Origin: Eledone cirrhosa
Taxonomy: Eukaryota
NCBI GenBank assembly: GCA_964016885.1
Contig: OZ024740.1
Location: 174,282,001 to 174,346,000, forward strand
Reading direction: 5' to 3'
DNA length: 64,000 nt
The notes under the pieces were generated by a model. The model did not search any database. It worked only from the letters and a program-made list of their open reading frames with translations, and was not told where the DNA came from. Of this stretch, positions 12,221-23,667 are shown piece by piece. A program made the translations under genes and the position numbers. Position 1 is the stretch's first letter. Each line of letters opens with the position of its first letter.

Positions 12221-12260
12221 TGGAAAATGTGTGTAATCCTTTGTACAGTTAGGTATATTA

Positions 12261-12916
12261 AGACAAGGGGGGAAGAAAAAAATGGCTTCACTTGTGCTTT
12301 CAACAAATTTATTTTCTTCACAAAATCCAAAAAGAATTTTTTTCCGGATTAGAAAAAATAAAAAAAATAAAAATATTTTTTATAAATTGAGTCGTTGGTT
12401 GTTGGTTAGATCTTAGGAGTTCTTGGTTAACGTAGGAGGTATAGTTTAGTTTTTAGAAAGACCTTTCACGCTGAGGTGCGCTTGTCAAACTGATGTGTAT
12501 GTGGTGTGTTGTTCTATATATAGGGATTTAACATGTTTGTGGTGCGGTGGGGTTTTTTTTCTCCCTCTTTAATAAGTGTAGGGGTGTTCAACACACCTAC
12601 ACCCCTACACTTATTAAAGGGGGAGAAAAAACCCCCCACCGCACCACAAACATGTTAAATCCCTATATATAGAACAACACACCACATACACATCAGTTTG
12701 ACAAGCGCACCTCAGCGTGAAAGATCTTTCTAAAAACGAAACAATACCTCCTACGTTAACCAAGAACTCCTAAGATCTAACCAACAACCAACGACTCAAT
12801 TTATAAAATTGTTATTTTTTTTTTTTTTTTCTAATCCGGAAAAAAATTCTTTTTGGATTTTGTGAAGAAAATAAATTTGTTGAAAGCACAAGTGAAGCCA
12901 TTTTGTTCTTCCCCCC

Positions 12917-12921
<5 letters not shown>
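12261..12921. repeat. fold-back element, ~325-bp arms, 11-nt spacer
   Basis: 12261-12587 is the reverse complement of 12599-12921 with scattered mismatches. Confidence 0.95.
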
Positions 12922-12940
<19 letters not shown>

Positions 12941-12947
<7 letters not shown>

Positions 12948-13344
12948 TGGTAAACGGAATAGAAAATGCTGACAAATTGTTCACAGTTGAAAAATGGTTT
13001 AATTAGGAATAAAAGAGTATTAGTGATTGTATGGGTTAGTATTCAGTTGTGGTTTTAAGTTTTTAAGTTTTTACCGGTTGCGCATTTCTAAATGCTTTTC
13101 AAAAATAATTTTGAGATAGAGTGTCCGTGCTGTTTGCTCTGATCAGAGCAAACAGCACGGACACTCTATCTCAAAATTATTTTTGAAAAGCATTTAGAAA
13201 TGCGCAACCGGTAAAAACTTAAAAACTTAAAACCACAACTGAATACTAACCCATACAATCACTAATACTCTTTTATTCCTAATTAAACCATTTTTCAACT
13301 GTGAACAATTTGTCAGCATTTTCTATTCCGTTTACCAATATATA
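12941..13344. repeat. spacerless 404-bp palindrome
   Basis: Centre GA|TC at 13142/13143; arms appear identical by eye. Confidence 0.95.
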
Positions 13345-13494
13345 ATAACTTGTGTGTTACACCTCTATTCTTTTAACTATATATATATATACATATTGGT
13401 GGGTTACTGATGGGTATCAGAAGGTGAACACTATTAAAAAAAGTTTCTAAATTCCTTAGTAGAGTATAGGTATCTTTGTTATTATAATATATAT

Positions 13495-14430
13495 ATATGT
13501 ATAATATATTTGATATACTGTATGTTTAAGTAAAAACATTTTGAAAACCATTCGCTATGGATTATGAAGTAGTGACTATGTCATTTACTTATTCTCGGCA
13601 AAAACAAAGGGACTAATCGAAAGTCCTGTTTCTCGCTCGTTAGTGGTTATCAAGACTACTCACTCCTTCGCTTCTCTCGAGAATTATAGAAGCTGGATTC
13701 TTATAGAATTCCAGTAATGTTTAAGAGCTGATTAAACAGAGCGGTTGCCGGTCCAGCAAAAATTAGGTATTGATATTGGTGCTCTGATATAGCGATGTAT
13801 ATATGAATGTATATATAGTATATTTAATAATAAACTGTATGTTTAATTTAAAATATTTTGAAGACCATTCGCTATGAAATTTAAAGTAGTGACTAATTAA
13901 AAGAATTTTTAAAGTAGTGACTATGTCATTTACTTATTCTCAGCAAAAAAAGGGGAGTAATCGACAGTATGGTCTTCAAAATGTTTTTAATTAGTCACTA
14001 CTTTAAAATTCATAGCGAATGGTCTTCAACATATTTTAAATTAAACATACATTATATTATCAAATATACTATACATACATTCATATATACATTGCTATTT
14101 TAGAGCACTGATACTCATTCCGAATTTTTGCTGGACCGGCAACTGCTCTGTTTAATCAGCTCTTAAACATTACTGGAATTCTATAAGAATCCAGCTTCTA
14201 TAATTTTCGGCAGAAGCGAAGGGATGAGTAGGCCTGATAAATGCTAACGAGCGAGAAACAGGACTGTCGATTACTTCCCTTTGTTTTTGCCGAGAATAAG
14301 TAAGTGATATAGTCGCTACTTTAAAATTCATAGCGAATGGTCTTAAATGTTTTTAATTAAACATACTGTATATTATCAAATATACTATGCATACACTCAT
14401 ATATATATCGCAATATCAGATCACCAATAC
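13495..14430. mobile_element. fold-back of a ~317-nt tandem monomer with a decayed hammerhead (retrozyme/PLE-LTR-like)
   Basis: ccattcgctatg at 13548 and 13865; its reverse complement at 14011 and 14329; CTGATAA..GAAACAGGACTGTC-gattac at 14226-14276. Confidence 0.75.
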
Positions 14431-14906
14431 TTATATGTGTGTGTGGGTAGGTGTCTGTGACCTATATACACTGGTCACATATACATATATATATACACAC
14501 ACTTAGAAACATTTCTTATTTAGCAGGAAATATTCACTAGTCTCTCAGAACCATTATCTCTTTCCCTCTATCTTTATCTCTCTCTATTTCTGAAGGTACC
14601 CAGAAAAACCCCGTATCTCGGGAACTCGTGCTCCGATTTACGCGAAGCTTGTTTTATTCCATTTGTATTCCCATTTCAGGGGCAACTACATTTCAAAGTA
14701 TTTTCCCATTATGAACCGTTTTGGCTGTATTAAATTACAGACAAGCACACAATCGCAGAGTTTTAGTAGTATATATATATAGTGAGTGAATAGTACTGAG
14801 AATTACTGGTGTTGGTATCAAATCAAGCACTCTATGGATAGGCAGAGTGTATATATTAAAAAAAAACGAGGAAGTTTCGTTTACATATAAAAAATATTTA
14901 TTGTGT

Positions 14907-14999
14907 ATCGACGTGTATTTCGCAGAGGATTGGCTCAAGGTAACCCATAGGCGTTATGAACCCGACTCCAGTATCGATCTGCTCGTCAGAGTGGTGATA
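14907..14999 (-). ncRNA. hammerhead-like motif with enlarged stem II; stem I damaged
   Basis: CUGACGA-GCAGA-(~50 nt)-UCUGC-GAAA-UACAC-GUC followed by AAUAAA. Confidence 0.55.
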
Positions 15000-15032
15000 T
15001 GACAAAAAAAATAATATATATATATATATATA

Positions 15033-17907
15033 TTTGTTGTGGTATGTGTAGGTTTCTAATTGTTTTTGGAACAATGTTGTTGTTTAGACAACATTTAAGG
15101 AAGTTGATTTGGCAGCCCGCTTTAATGCGCTTCTCCGACAGTCGGAAGAGTTCCTTGCTCAGGCGTAAGGAAAGAAGGAATTTGTAGTTTACTTGAAGCA
15201 TTGTATATGGTATAAAGAAATTCGAAGATGAAAGCCATGACAATGCAGGTTTGGACGGAGAATAATTAAATCGTAGGAAACAGGGCTTGTTTGTTTTACC
15301 TTAATTTATTCACCTACCAACATGCTTCAAATTATCAGGCCTTGAACGGTCACTGAGCTATATACAGACGTTCTGCATACAAAAGCTCATACAACACCTA
15401 CACCACACGCTGCACCAACAAATACAGACAATTTTCAGCTTATAACCGCAACTTTCAAAACCCCCAGAGCCCCTGCTCGGAGTGACTATCACTGCAATAG
15501 AAGATGCTACCACCACCGTCAAGATCACGAGAAAAAATGCTAAAATGGATATCGGTCATCGGCAGCAACGCTACCGAAACAAACACTTACACCAGATTCC
15601 AGATATACCAACTAGACCATCCACTCTGTCCATCACCTACCAACCGCGAACTAGATGAGAAACTGTCGAGACTGAAGCAGTCTATATTCAACGTATTGCG
15701 GAAACAGAAGAGGATACGTCAAAATCTCTCCATGACCCAATAACTCACCCTGAAAAACCTGCAAGAAAGGGAGCTCATCTACCTACCCTTTGACAAAGGG
15801 AAAGAATTCCGTGTCATCTCCCAGACCACCTATGACGACTTGGCCTTTGAATACCTGAGCGAAAGACGGACTGTGCACAGAGCTCTCAAGCATAACTGCA
15901 GCCCCGATCGAAGAACGAGTCAACACCATCTGGTCTAACATCTGCAGAAGACAACTATCAAACAAACGTAGGAATAACTATATCACCAGAAATAGCAGAC
16001 TACCCACTTTCTACCACCTCATTAAGATCCGCAAAAATATACAAGAGTCCAAATTAGACCCATCGTCTCCAGCTTAGAAATAGCCCTTGGCTCCTCACCC
16101 AGATCCTTAAGCCTACACTCTCCACCTTCTCCAGGCATGTCAGTAGCTCCGATGATGTTATACAAAAACTCCAACTCCAACCAGACTAACTTAGACTCAA
16201 TAGATACGCCTTTAGCCCCAACGTTGTCTCCCTCTACACTACAGTCCCCGCTCACCAAGATGTCAATCTATTGACTGACTGCATAGTCTATAAGAATATT
16301 TACTGCTATAGCCTCCACGCGGCAGACATACACCAGCTTCTCACTACCACGATGGATAATACTTACTTCACCTTCCACGACGACATATATAAACAGAGAA
16401 CAGGACTACCTATGAGATCCAGCCTATGCTGGCCATCACTTATAGGAACCCGCTGGAATGTCGGGCCCTCAGAACCTGCCACTTCTGTGCCTTCTTCACC
16501 CGATATGTAGAGGACATACTTACACCATCCCGTGAAGAAGCAGACAAAATGTACACGGTATTCTCCAGCATAGACGTTAACATAAGGTTCAGAATAGAAC
16601 ATCCCGATGACACTGGATCCCTTTCCCTGCTAGACTTCCAACTCAGAGTAACGGAAGACAGTGGCATCCACACAAGCTTCTACAGAAAAGCTGCTAGCAG
16701 GGACCTGTTCGTCCATTTCAAATCGGTGTCAAGTTCGGATACATAAGGAATGAATTGACACGTGACCGAGACACGCACACCACACACTTCTGGAAAGTGC
16801 TTAAGCTAAACAGTTACCCGACATCCACCGTGAACCGCGTTAGAAATAGGAAACACCTCATTCGAAGCACGAACTCCACCAACACCTGCTTCCTGAAGCT
16901 CCCACATTTCAGGCACAACAACAGCCATCCACAGGGCCATCCGAAGAGAAGGGCTAGACTTGCAAATAGCTCTTTCGGGGTCCTCACTACGCGGACAACT
17001 ATCTAGGAGACGACCTAGAGAACACGACAGATGCTGCACGCTGGCCAACTGCCCCATCGATAACACAGACATATGCCATCAAGCATACGTCGTGTACAGA
17101 GTCCAGTGTGATAAATGTAACAACTTCTATATAGGCAGCACCACCAGACACCTACACAGCAGAATTAAGGAACACATTAACACTAACGCTTCTTCATTCA
17201 AGAAACACTTAGAGAAATGCAAAAATGCTACCAAATAAATAACAGTTAAAGTTGAAACAAAAGAAAGAAACCTCGGCAATCTCAGAATTAAGAAAGCATT
17301 AATCATAGCCAGAACACACCTGCAAATCAATAATAGACTAGAACTAAGCAAACAATACCTAACATAGAACTAGGCACACAACACATAACTTAGAAGGCCA
17401 CTGGACTCTACACATAAAGGCACACATAGGCTTGCTTACGAGCATATTATCCATCCGAGAGAAATCGTGTATATGTATTCACGTGTTTACATGATTCTAC
17501 CCAAGCGTGTTTACGTATTTACGTGCGTGCTTATCAGCACACACGTATGCACGCACGTGTAAGTCAGCGCGTATTAATATATATGCGTCTTAGCGGATTT
17601 AAAGGGAAACAACTCTGTGCCCCTTTGACCTGTCCAGTCCTTAGTTTTAAAAGAAAAGAGGTTAGAAAAAAACAAAAAAGAAGCAAACAAAAAAAACACT
17701 TCCGGCCAACATGGTATAGCAAGCCACATCGGACACTGGAATAGTTTTTTTTTATTTTCCTCGGAAGAAGAGATATTAATCTCGAAATATCAGGACATAT
17801 GAATAAATTAAGGTATAAAAATAAGCCCTGTTTCTTACGATTTAATTATTCTCCGTCCAAACCCGCATACCATATACAATGCTTCAAGTAAGCTACAAAT
17901 TCCTTCT
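15033..17907 (+). mobile_element. Penelope-like element (RT plus C-terminal GIY-YIG), decayed, with inverted 5' segment
   Basis: YLPFDKG, GLPM.S, FTRYVED, SLSLLDF, YRK; VVYRVQCDKCNNFYIGSTTRHLHSRIKEH; 15033-15311 (minus) carries the ORF N-terminus and is an inverted copy of 17802-17907. Confidence 0.9.
17758..17795 (+). ncRNA. decayed minimal hammerhead in the PLE pseudo-LTR
   Basis: UCCU-CGGAAGA-A-GAGAU(AUUA)AUCUC-GAAA-UA-UC-AGGA; one core substitution and shortened stem III. Confidence 0.6.
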
Positions 17908-18149
17908 ATATATATATTTTAGAATTCGGTTGTCTTTCAACCTGGAGGAAGATGGGCTCCTCTAGGTTTAAATGCCCACGATAAGCTGCATATCACGACC
18001 ATGCTCCAACCGCTCCAGCAGGAGTTAAGGGCTCATGGGGCTGGGAGAATTGTTACTATATTTCATTGGTTTTCTTTTTTTATTCAATATGAGTCCATTT
18101 CGGCTTGTGAATATTGATATGGTATTTTAGATTGTAGAGTGAATTTCAA

Positions 18150-18640
18150 TCACTTGAAAGTAATTATTACGTACCTATGTCGTAGTCTATCGCATAAATT
18201 TAAATTACCAAAATAAAAATAAAATATCACTAAAATCAAATCAAATAGGAAGGAATATGTTGAGATTCATGGCTCAAAGGAGTATTGGTGGAACCTCAAA
18301 ATAAAAAAGAAAACAACCAAATTAAAGCAAAGCAGATCCAGTATCCAAAATACACGTCCGGCTTTATACCCATTATTATTGGAGTTGAGGCTTTATACTA
18401 ACCTGCCTTGACCAAAGTATAACTGAATTCGGATTTGTGTAGAATGAACGTAGCTCCCTAATTCATAAGCTACAAATTGCCATGATATGGGGAAAATTCA
18501 AAATCTGTAAAGTATTCTTACGATTCAAAGGATGAATGCTTACATAAGAGACGACGACAATTTCTATCTTTACAACCTTGCCACCGGAAAGATGGCCGGT
18601 CAAACATAAACTCAAAATTAAGAGAGAGAACATACGTACA
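18150..18640 (+). mobile_element. R4-clade LINE 3' fragment with CATA-type tail
   Basis: YYVPM, EIHGSKEYWWNLKIK, QIQYPKYTSGFIPIIIG match the C-terminus of the ORF at 36977-39010. Confidence 0.75.
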
Positions 18641-18752
18641 TACGTACATACGTAGCTACATATATACGTACGGAGGTACATATATACATAGACATGCACA
18701 CATACGTACACACATACGCATATATACATACCTACCTACATACATACATACA

Positions 18753-19050
18753 TTGATGACGAGTTTGCAGATTCAGTATCCAAGATACACATTCAGCTTC
18801 ATACCCATCGTTATTGGAGCTACAGGTTATATACCAGCCAAAGTATAACTGAACTTAGATTTGTGGACAAACAGAGCAGTTCCCTAATTCATAGACTACA
18901 AATAGCTGCAATAGCTGGCACCTTCAAAATTTACAAAACATTCTTGCAATTCAAGGGATGACAATTTCTTTTCTTTTACAACCTTGCCACCAAGAAGATG
19001 GCCGGTCAAAAATGTACTAGAAATTAAGAGAAAGAGAAACATACATACAT
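18753..19050 (+). mobile_element. second R4-clade 3' fragment, flanked by (CATA)n on both sides
   Basis: LMTSLQIQYPRYTFSFIPIVIGATGYIP; diverged direct repeat of 18330-18640. Confidence 0.78.
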
Positions 19051-19759
19051 ATAATGAAAAATTTGCCTATAATTTCGTAGTTTCATGTGTCAGTTTCGTC
19101 AAAGCCGTAACGTTGGAACGGCTGTCAACCTTTCCACGTAAAAAGAAATTCTATACTCTACTATGTATCGAGTGCTTTTCCAATTTGACTATCTTCGTCA
19201 TTTATGATTTTACACAAAACATACAGAATATATACCCGTATATATATATATATATATATTGTGCGCGCGTGTGTGTGTGTTTGTGTGTGTAATTTTGTCA
19301 TCTGATTATAGGATAATAATTTTACCTTTCCATCTTATATTTTCTCTTGACATCCGTTTAATTTCTGACAAGGAAATAAGTACGTAAAACGCATCAAAAT
19401 AGAATTCAGCAAGTTCTTGTCATTTATGACACTCTGTATGTAAGTCAGAAGTTGTCCTACATACTTAGTTATGCATACATGTAAGCAAACATCTATAAAC
19501 ACACGACCCCACTACTATGAAATGTGTATACTATATAAATATATATTTACATACAAGAGTAAGTCTCTTTTTTTGTTGTATTTTTTCTTTAAATAAAAGC
19601 CATAAATTTAAATCGACTTCATTACCATTTCTATTACAAGCATGACATTTACTGTGTTTAACTTTTTCCAAAACAAATGGAAAGAAAAAAATATACATAC
19701 CAGAATATATGATTAAGAGAAAACATCGTTTAAAAATACATTACTTTGACATTTGTGGA

Positions 19760-20060
19760 CACAGGCATAGGTGTGGGGTTACGGAGTTTGTTCTACAATC
19801 ATGATATCCTAGGTTCGGTTCCACCGTGCGGCTTCTTGGGCAATTGTTTTTATCATACCGTTAGGATGACCCAAGCCTGCAACATAGACAGTAACTGTGT
19901 AGAAGCCCATCAGATAAGTTATATCTATAACTAAATAGTCCAGTCTCGTCACGTTATTTTGTAATGCTGATTAAGGATACACGTGCCTATGGAATACTCA
20001 ATTACACGTTAATTTAACGCCTCGGACTCTCAGTTGGTCGACGATGTAGAGCAACAGAAT
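19760..20060 (+). mobile_element. decayed tRNA-derived SINE (octopus-type CORE-like family)
   Basis: A/B-box-like head (GGTTCGGTTCC), CTTGGGCAA core, GAAGCCC end; family assignment is from memory. Confidence 0.6.
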
Positions 20061-20489
20061 AAAGTTCTTGACAACATTGATGTTTGTCGAACTCGGAACC
20101 AGAGCTCAAATCATGTTGGGGTAATGCCTACATTGATTTTCACACATCGAGCCAATAAACTCGCAACGAGAGTGTCCCTATTTCTATGCTATCATCTGAC
20201 TTACTATAAATATCAACCAAGTCTCCCTCAAATTATAGCCTGTCGACGTAAAAAGGAAAGAAGAAATTGCATTATATATTCCCACATAGATTATGCCATA
20301 AAAACACGAAATGTTCATGAATGTTGTTGTTGTTGTAGATGATGATGATGATGATGATGATAATGTTATTGTTACGATTTACACCTAGCAGGCTGAGCAA
20401 GCCTCCTTTGAGGTTGAATTCCGTAGGAGGTCTCTAGGTAGTTTAGTGATAGGGACCACAATCCTATCATGTCACTCTTTTCAGATGAC

Positions 20490-20720
20490 AGCAAGTAGGA
20501 TTTGAACTCCGACTGCACAGAGCCGAAACAGACACTATCTGATGCCCTAACAATTTCATTACGCCAGCCCACTACACTGGGTTCGTATTTTATTAATTGT
20601 CTGCGGAAAGGATGAAAGGCAAAGTTTACCTTGGCTGGATTTGCACTAAAAGTTCAAAGAACCCGAACAAATACGGCCTGGCATTTAATCCGAAACTAAA
20701 AGTTTTACCTATTCGCCACA
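20490..20720 (-). mobile_element. decayed SINE piece(s) with Meta-like core
   Basis: aaggatgaaaggcaaagtttacctt and ggatttgaactc. Confidence 0.6.
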
Positions 20721-21236
20721 TTAATTCTGATATAAGCACTTGAAGCTTTGAATATTGTCAATGCACTGCCAATACGATTATGGATGGGATGCTTTTGATC
20801 ATAGGTCTTTTCAACATTACCTAACCTGGGGCTAAATAACAACAACAACAGCAACTGTGCTGAAACAATATTGAAAAAGGTCATCGTTTCTCGGGAACAT
20901 TCAAACGGAAATTACTGTTATAGTATCGGGTTTTCCCAAAGATAATTCCAAGCAAGCTTTGAACTTTACACGCTTGCGTGATATACGTGTACACGTTGCT
21001 GTGACAACAGGAAACTTCCGGTCTTGTAAATAGATATAAGAGATATAATAGAAAAGAGATAGGGGGGAGCAAATCGGGTTAGTATTTCTTTAGGTCAAAC
21101 AACAACTCCGGAGATTCAAATAAATAAGCATATAAACAAAAAAAATAATAAATGTGTATGCATGTGAATTGTGAATATATGTGCGAGCGTACGTACGTGT
21201 ACGTGTATGTATGCGTGTTTGTGTGTGTGTGTGTGT

Positions 21237-21269
<33 letters not shown>

Positions 21270-21653
21270 AGCGATACACACTCAGAAAGGGGGAAAAAAA
21301 GAGAAGGGAAGGATGATAGCAAGAAATTCAATTTGTCTTTTATGTCCTATCACATAATATATGCATTATAACATACCCACGCAAAGTCATTGATATATGT
21401 ATGGATGGTGTTTGTTTATGTATATAATAGAAATCTATAGTTATCATTGTTGCACGAAAGTAACACGAATCGATGTATCTAGAATGACCCGATCAACACT
21501 CAATGTTAAATGATATATGTATATAGGTATAAGTAATTATGTTGGTGTTGATAGTTTAGGTTTAGTAGGACGACATGTACATAGAATATAGTTTATGTGG
21601 AGACAGCGCACGCAACTCATTTACTTGTTCGCTGTCTACATATTTATGTTTGT

Positions 21654-21710
<57 letters not shown>

Positions 21711-21860
21711 TGCGTGCGTGTGTGTGTGTGTACAAATTATTCTTTTACTCTTTTACTGGGTTCAGTCATTATACTAGGGCACCAACATCCAAAGAGGACT
21801 CGATAGGGGATGTGTATATTTACGTATATATAAATCCGTAGAACAAATATCTATTATTAT

Positions 21861-21979
21861 CACATTAAAAGTTTAGCCAAAAATGTTTTCTTTCGCCCTA
21901 AGCGGGATCAACTGAAACGAGTTTCTGATAATTCCGCTTAGGGTGAAAGAAAACATTTTTTGCTTAAACTTTTAATCTG
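21861..21979. repeat. 119-bp hairpin / miniature fold-back
   Basis: ~46-bp arms: attaaaagtttagccaaaaatgttttctttcgccctaagcgg vs ccgcttagggtgaaagaaaacattttttgcttaaacttttaat. Confidence 0.88.
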
Positions 21980-22310
21980 TACTACTATTACCAATAATAA
22001 TAATAATAATAATGATTTCATTTATTGGCCACAAGGGCCGACATATAGGGGACAATACAAAAGACTGGGACAGTGGGGTTTTACAGAAAAATCGAGTAAA
22101 CAATATGAATAACAATAACAAAGTAACAATAAAGTAACAATAAAATTACAACAAGAAAAAATTCCCCAATAGGGGGGATGACCACCTAGGGTTCGCTCAG
22201 GTACCCCACCAGTCCTGAACGACCCGACGCTTCGAGAGCACCCTCAAATTTACCTACCTACAACCGCATGACCAGAGTAGGCCCACTCACACGGGCCATT
22301 CTCGCCACAT

Positions 22311-23634
22311 TCACCCATTCACCTTTTCGCAGCGCCCAGCGTCAGCCGTAGAGAGTTGCGGCAAGCCATCGAGGCAGGGACTTAAGTCCGCCACCATCTC
22401 TGACCCGCCACTTCCCCCGAACAACCGAGCAAAATGTTGGCGAAAGGCCTCACACATCCTCTTGGAATCGCTCAGCTCGTGCCCGTCTCGGTCCGTCAAA
22501 GACCGAATCGTGGTTTTATTACCACGCTGCGCCTCTGCCACGCGGGCCCATCGAACAGCTTTGGTCCCTCGTTTCTCAGAGCACGCGCCTTAGCTCTGAT
22601 ACTGCAACCTTCACGTTTCGCATTGAAGAAATGGTATAATGCCATTCTCGCCGCTAGCACGTCAGTTGCAATGCCACTACCAATAGCCTCGTCTAACTTA
22701 TCTACCAACTCCCCTCCTTTCTATTTTTCTCTAACGCTACTTCTTTGCTAAATTCTATCGACATTACTCTAATCTCTCTTTTGAGCGCCACCCACCATCT
22801 ATTGTTGACGACTCCCCCTGTCAACTTTTTCTTAACTAAATTGTTGACCTGGTCCCTGTAAGCCTTACGTGCCGGAAATGACATGTTTAGCTTCCAGTAA
22901 CAAGGTCCTAACCTACGCGTCTTATCTAGGTCGACCATACCGATCACAAACTTGTGATCTGAATAGGCGACCGTTTCAAAACGTGGACAGCTTACACTAT
23001 TTATGTCTATTTTCCTAATGAATATCCTGTCTATATACGATCTAGATGGCCCTACGCGGTTAGCCCAGGTCCACACTGGCGCATTAGGGAAATCTAGTCG
23101 GTACCTGTCAGACAGTTGGAACTGGCTGATCAGGTTCTTGAGGCTTTTGCACCCCCGGCTCCTATCGGATACTCCCACACAGTCCCAGCGTGCGTCTAAG
23201 ATGCCGTTCCAGTCCCCCGCTAACAGTAAAGGGCGACACGTACCCAGAAAGGCTTCCAGGCGTCTAAAGAAGTCCGGCCGTCCTGCTCCAGTAGGAGCAT
23301 AGACGGCCACCAGTTTAAAGGCACCACCTTCGTTATTGTTCACGTCCAGGACCACCAACTTGCCGTCCGGGTCCCGGAAGATCGACCTTACCTCGAGATC
23401 CAGGCCTTTCCTAAACAGCACTGCCACCCCGCCTCCCATTCCCGGCCGGCTAACAGATGCAAAGATCTGATAGTCGTCGAAAATGGGAACTAGTGCGCGC
23501 GTGTCGGAAATTCTGGTCTCGCTGACGGCAATTACATCCATTTCTATAGACCTGAGGTCGTTGAGCAGGTGACCCTGCTTCCAGGACGATCCCAGGCGTC
23601 GAACATTTAAACATCCTACTCTTAATACGGCCAT
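22311..23634 (-). pseudogene. ORF2 N-terminus: AP endonuclease plus tether
   Basis: CLNVRRL, VSET, GGGVAVL, VYAP, AGDWN, WTW, IDRIF, YSDH, WKLN. Confidence 0.92.
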
Positions 23635-23667
23635 GTTGGCAGGTTAAAAAGATAGAGAGAGGAAGAT

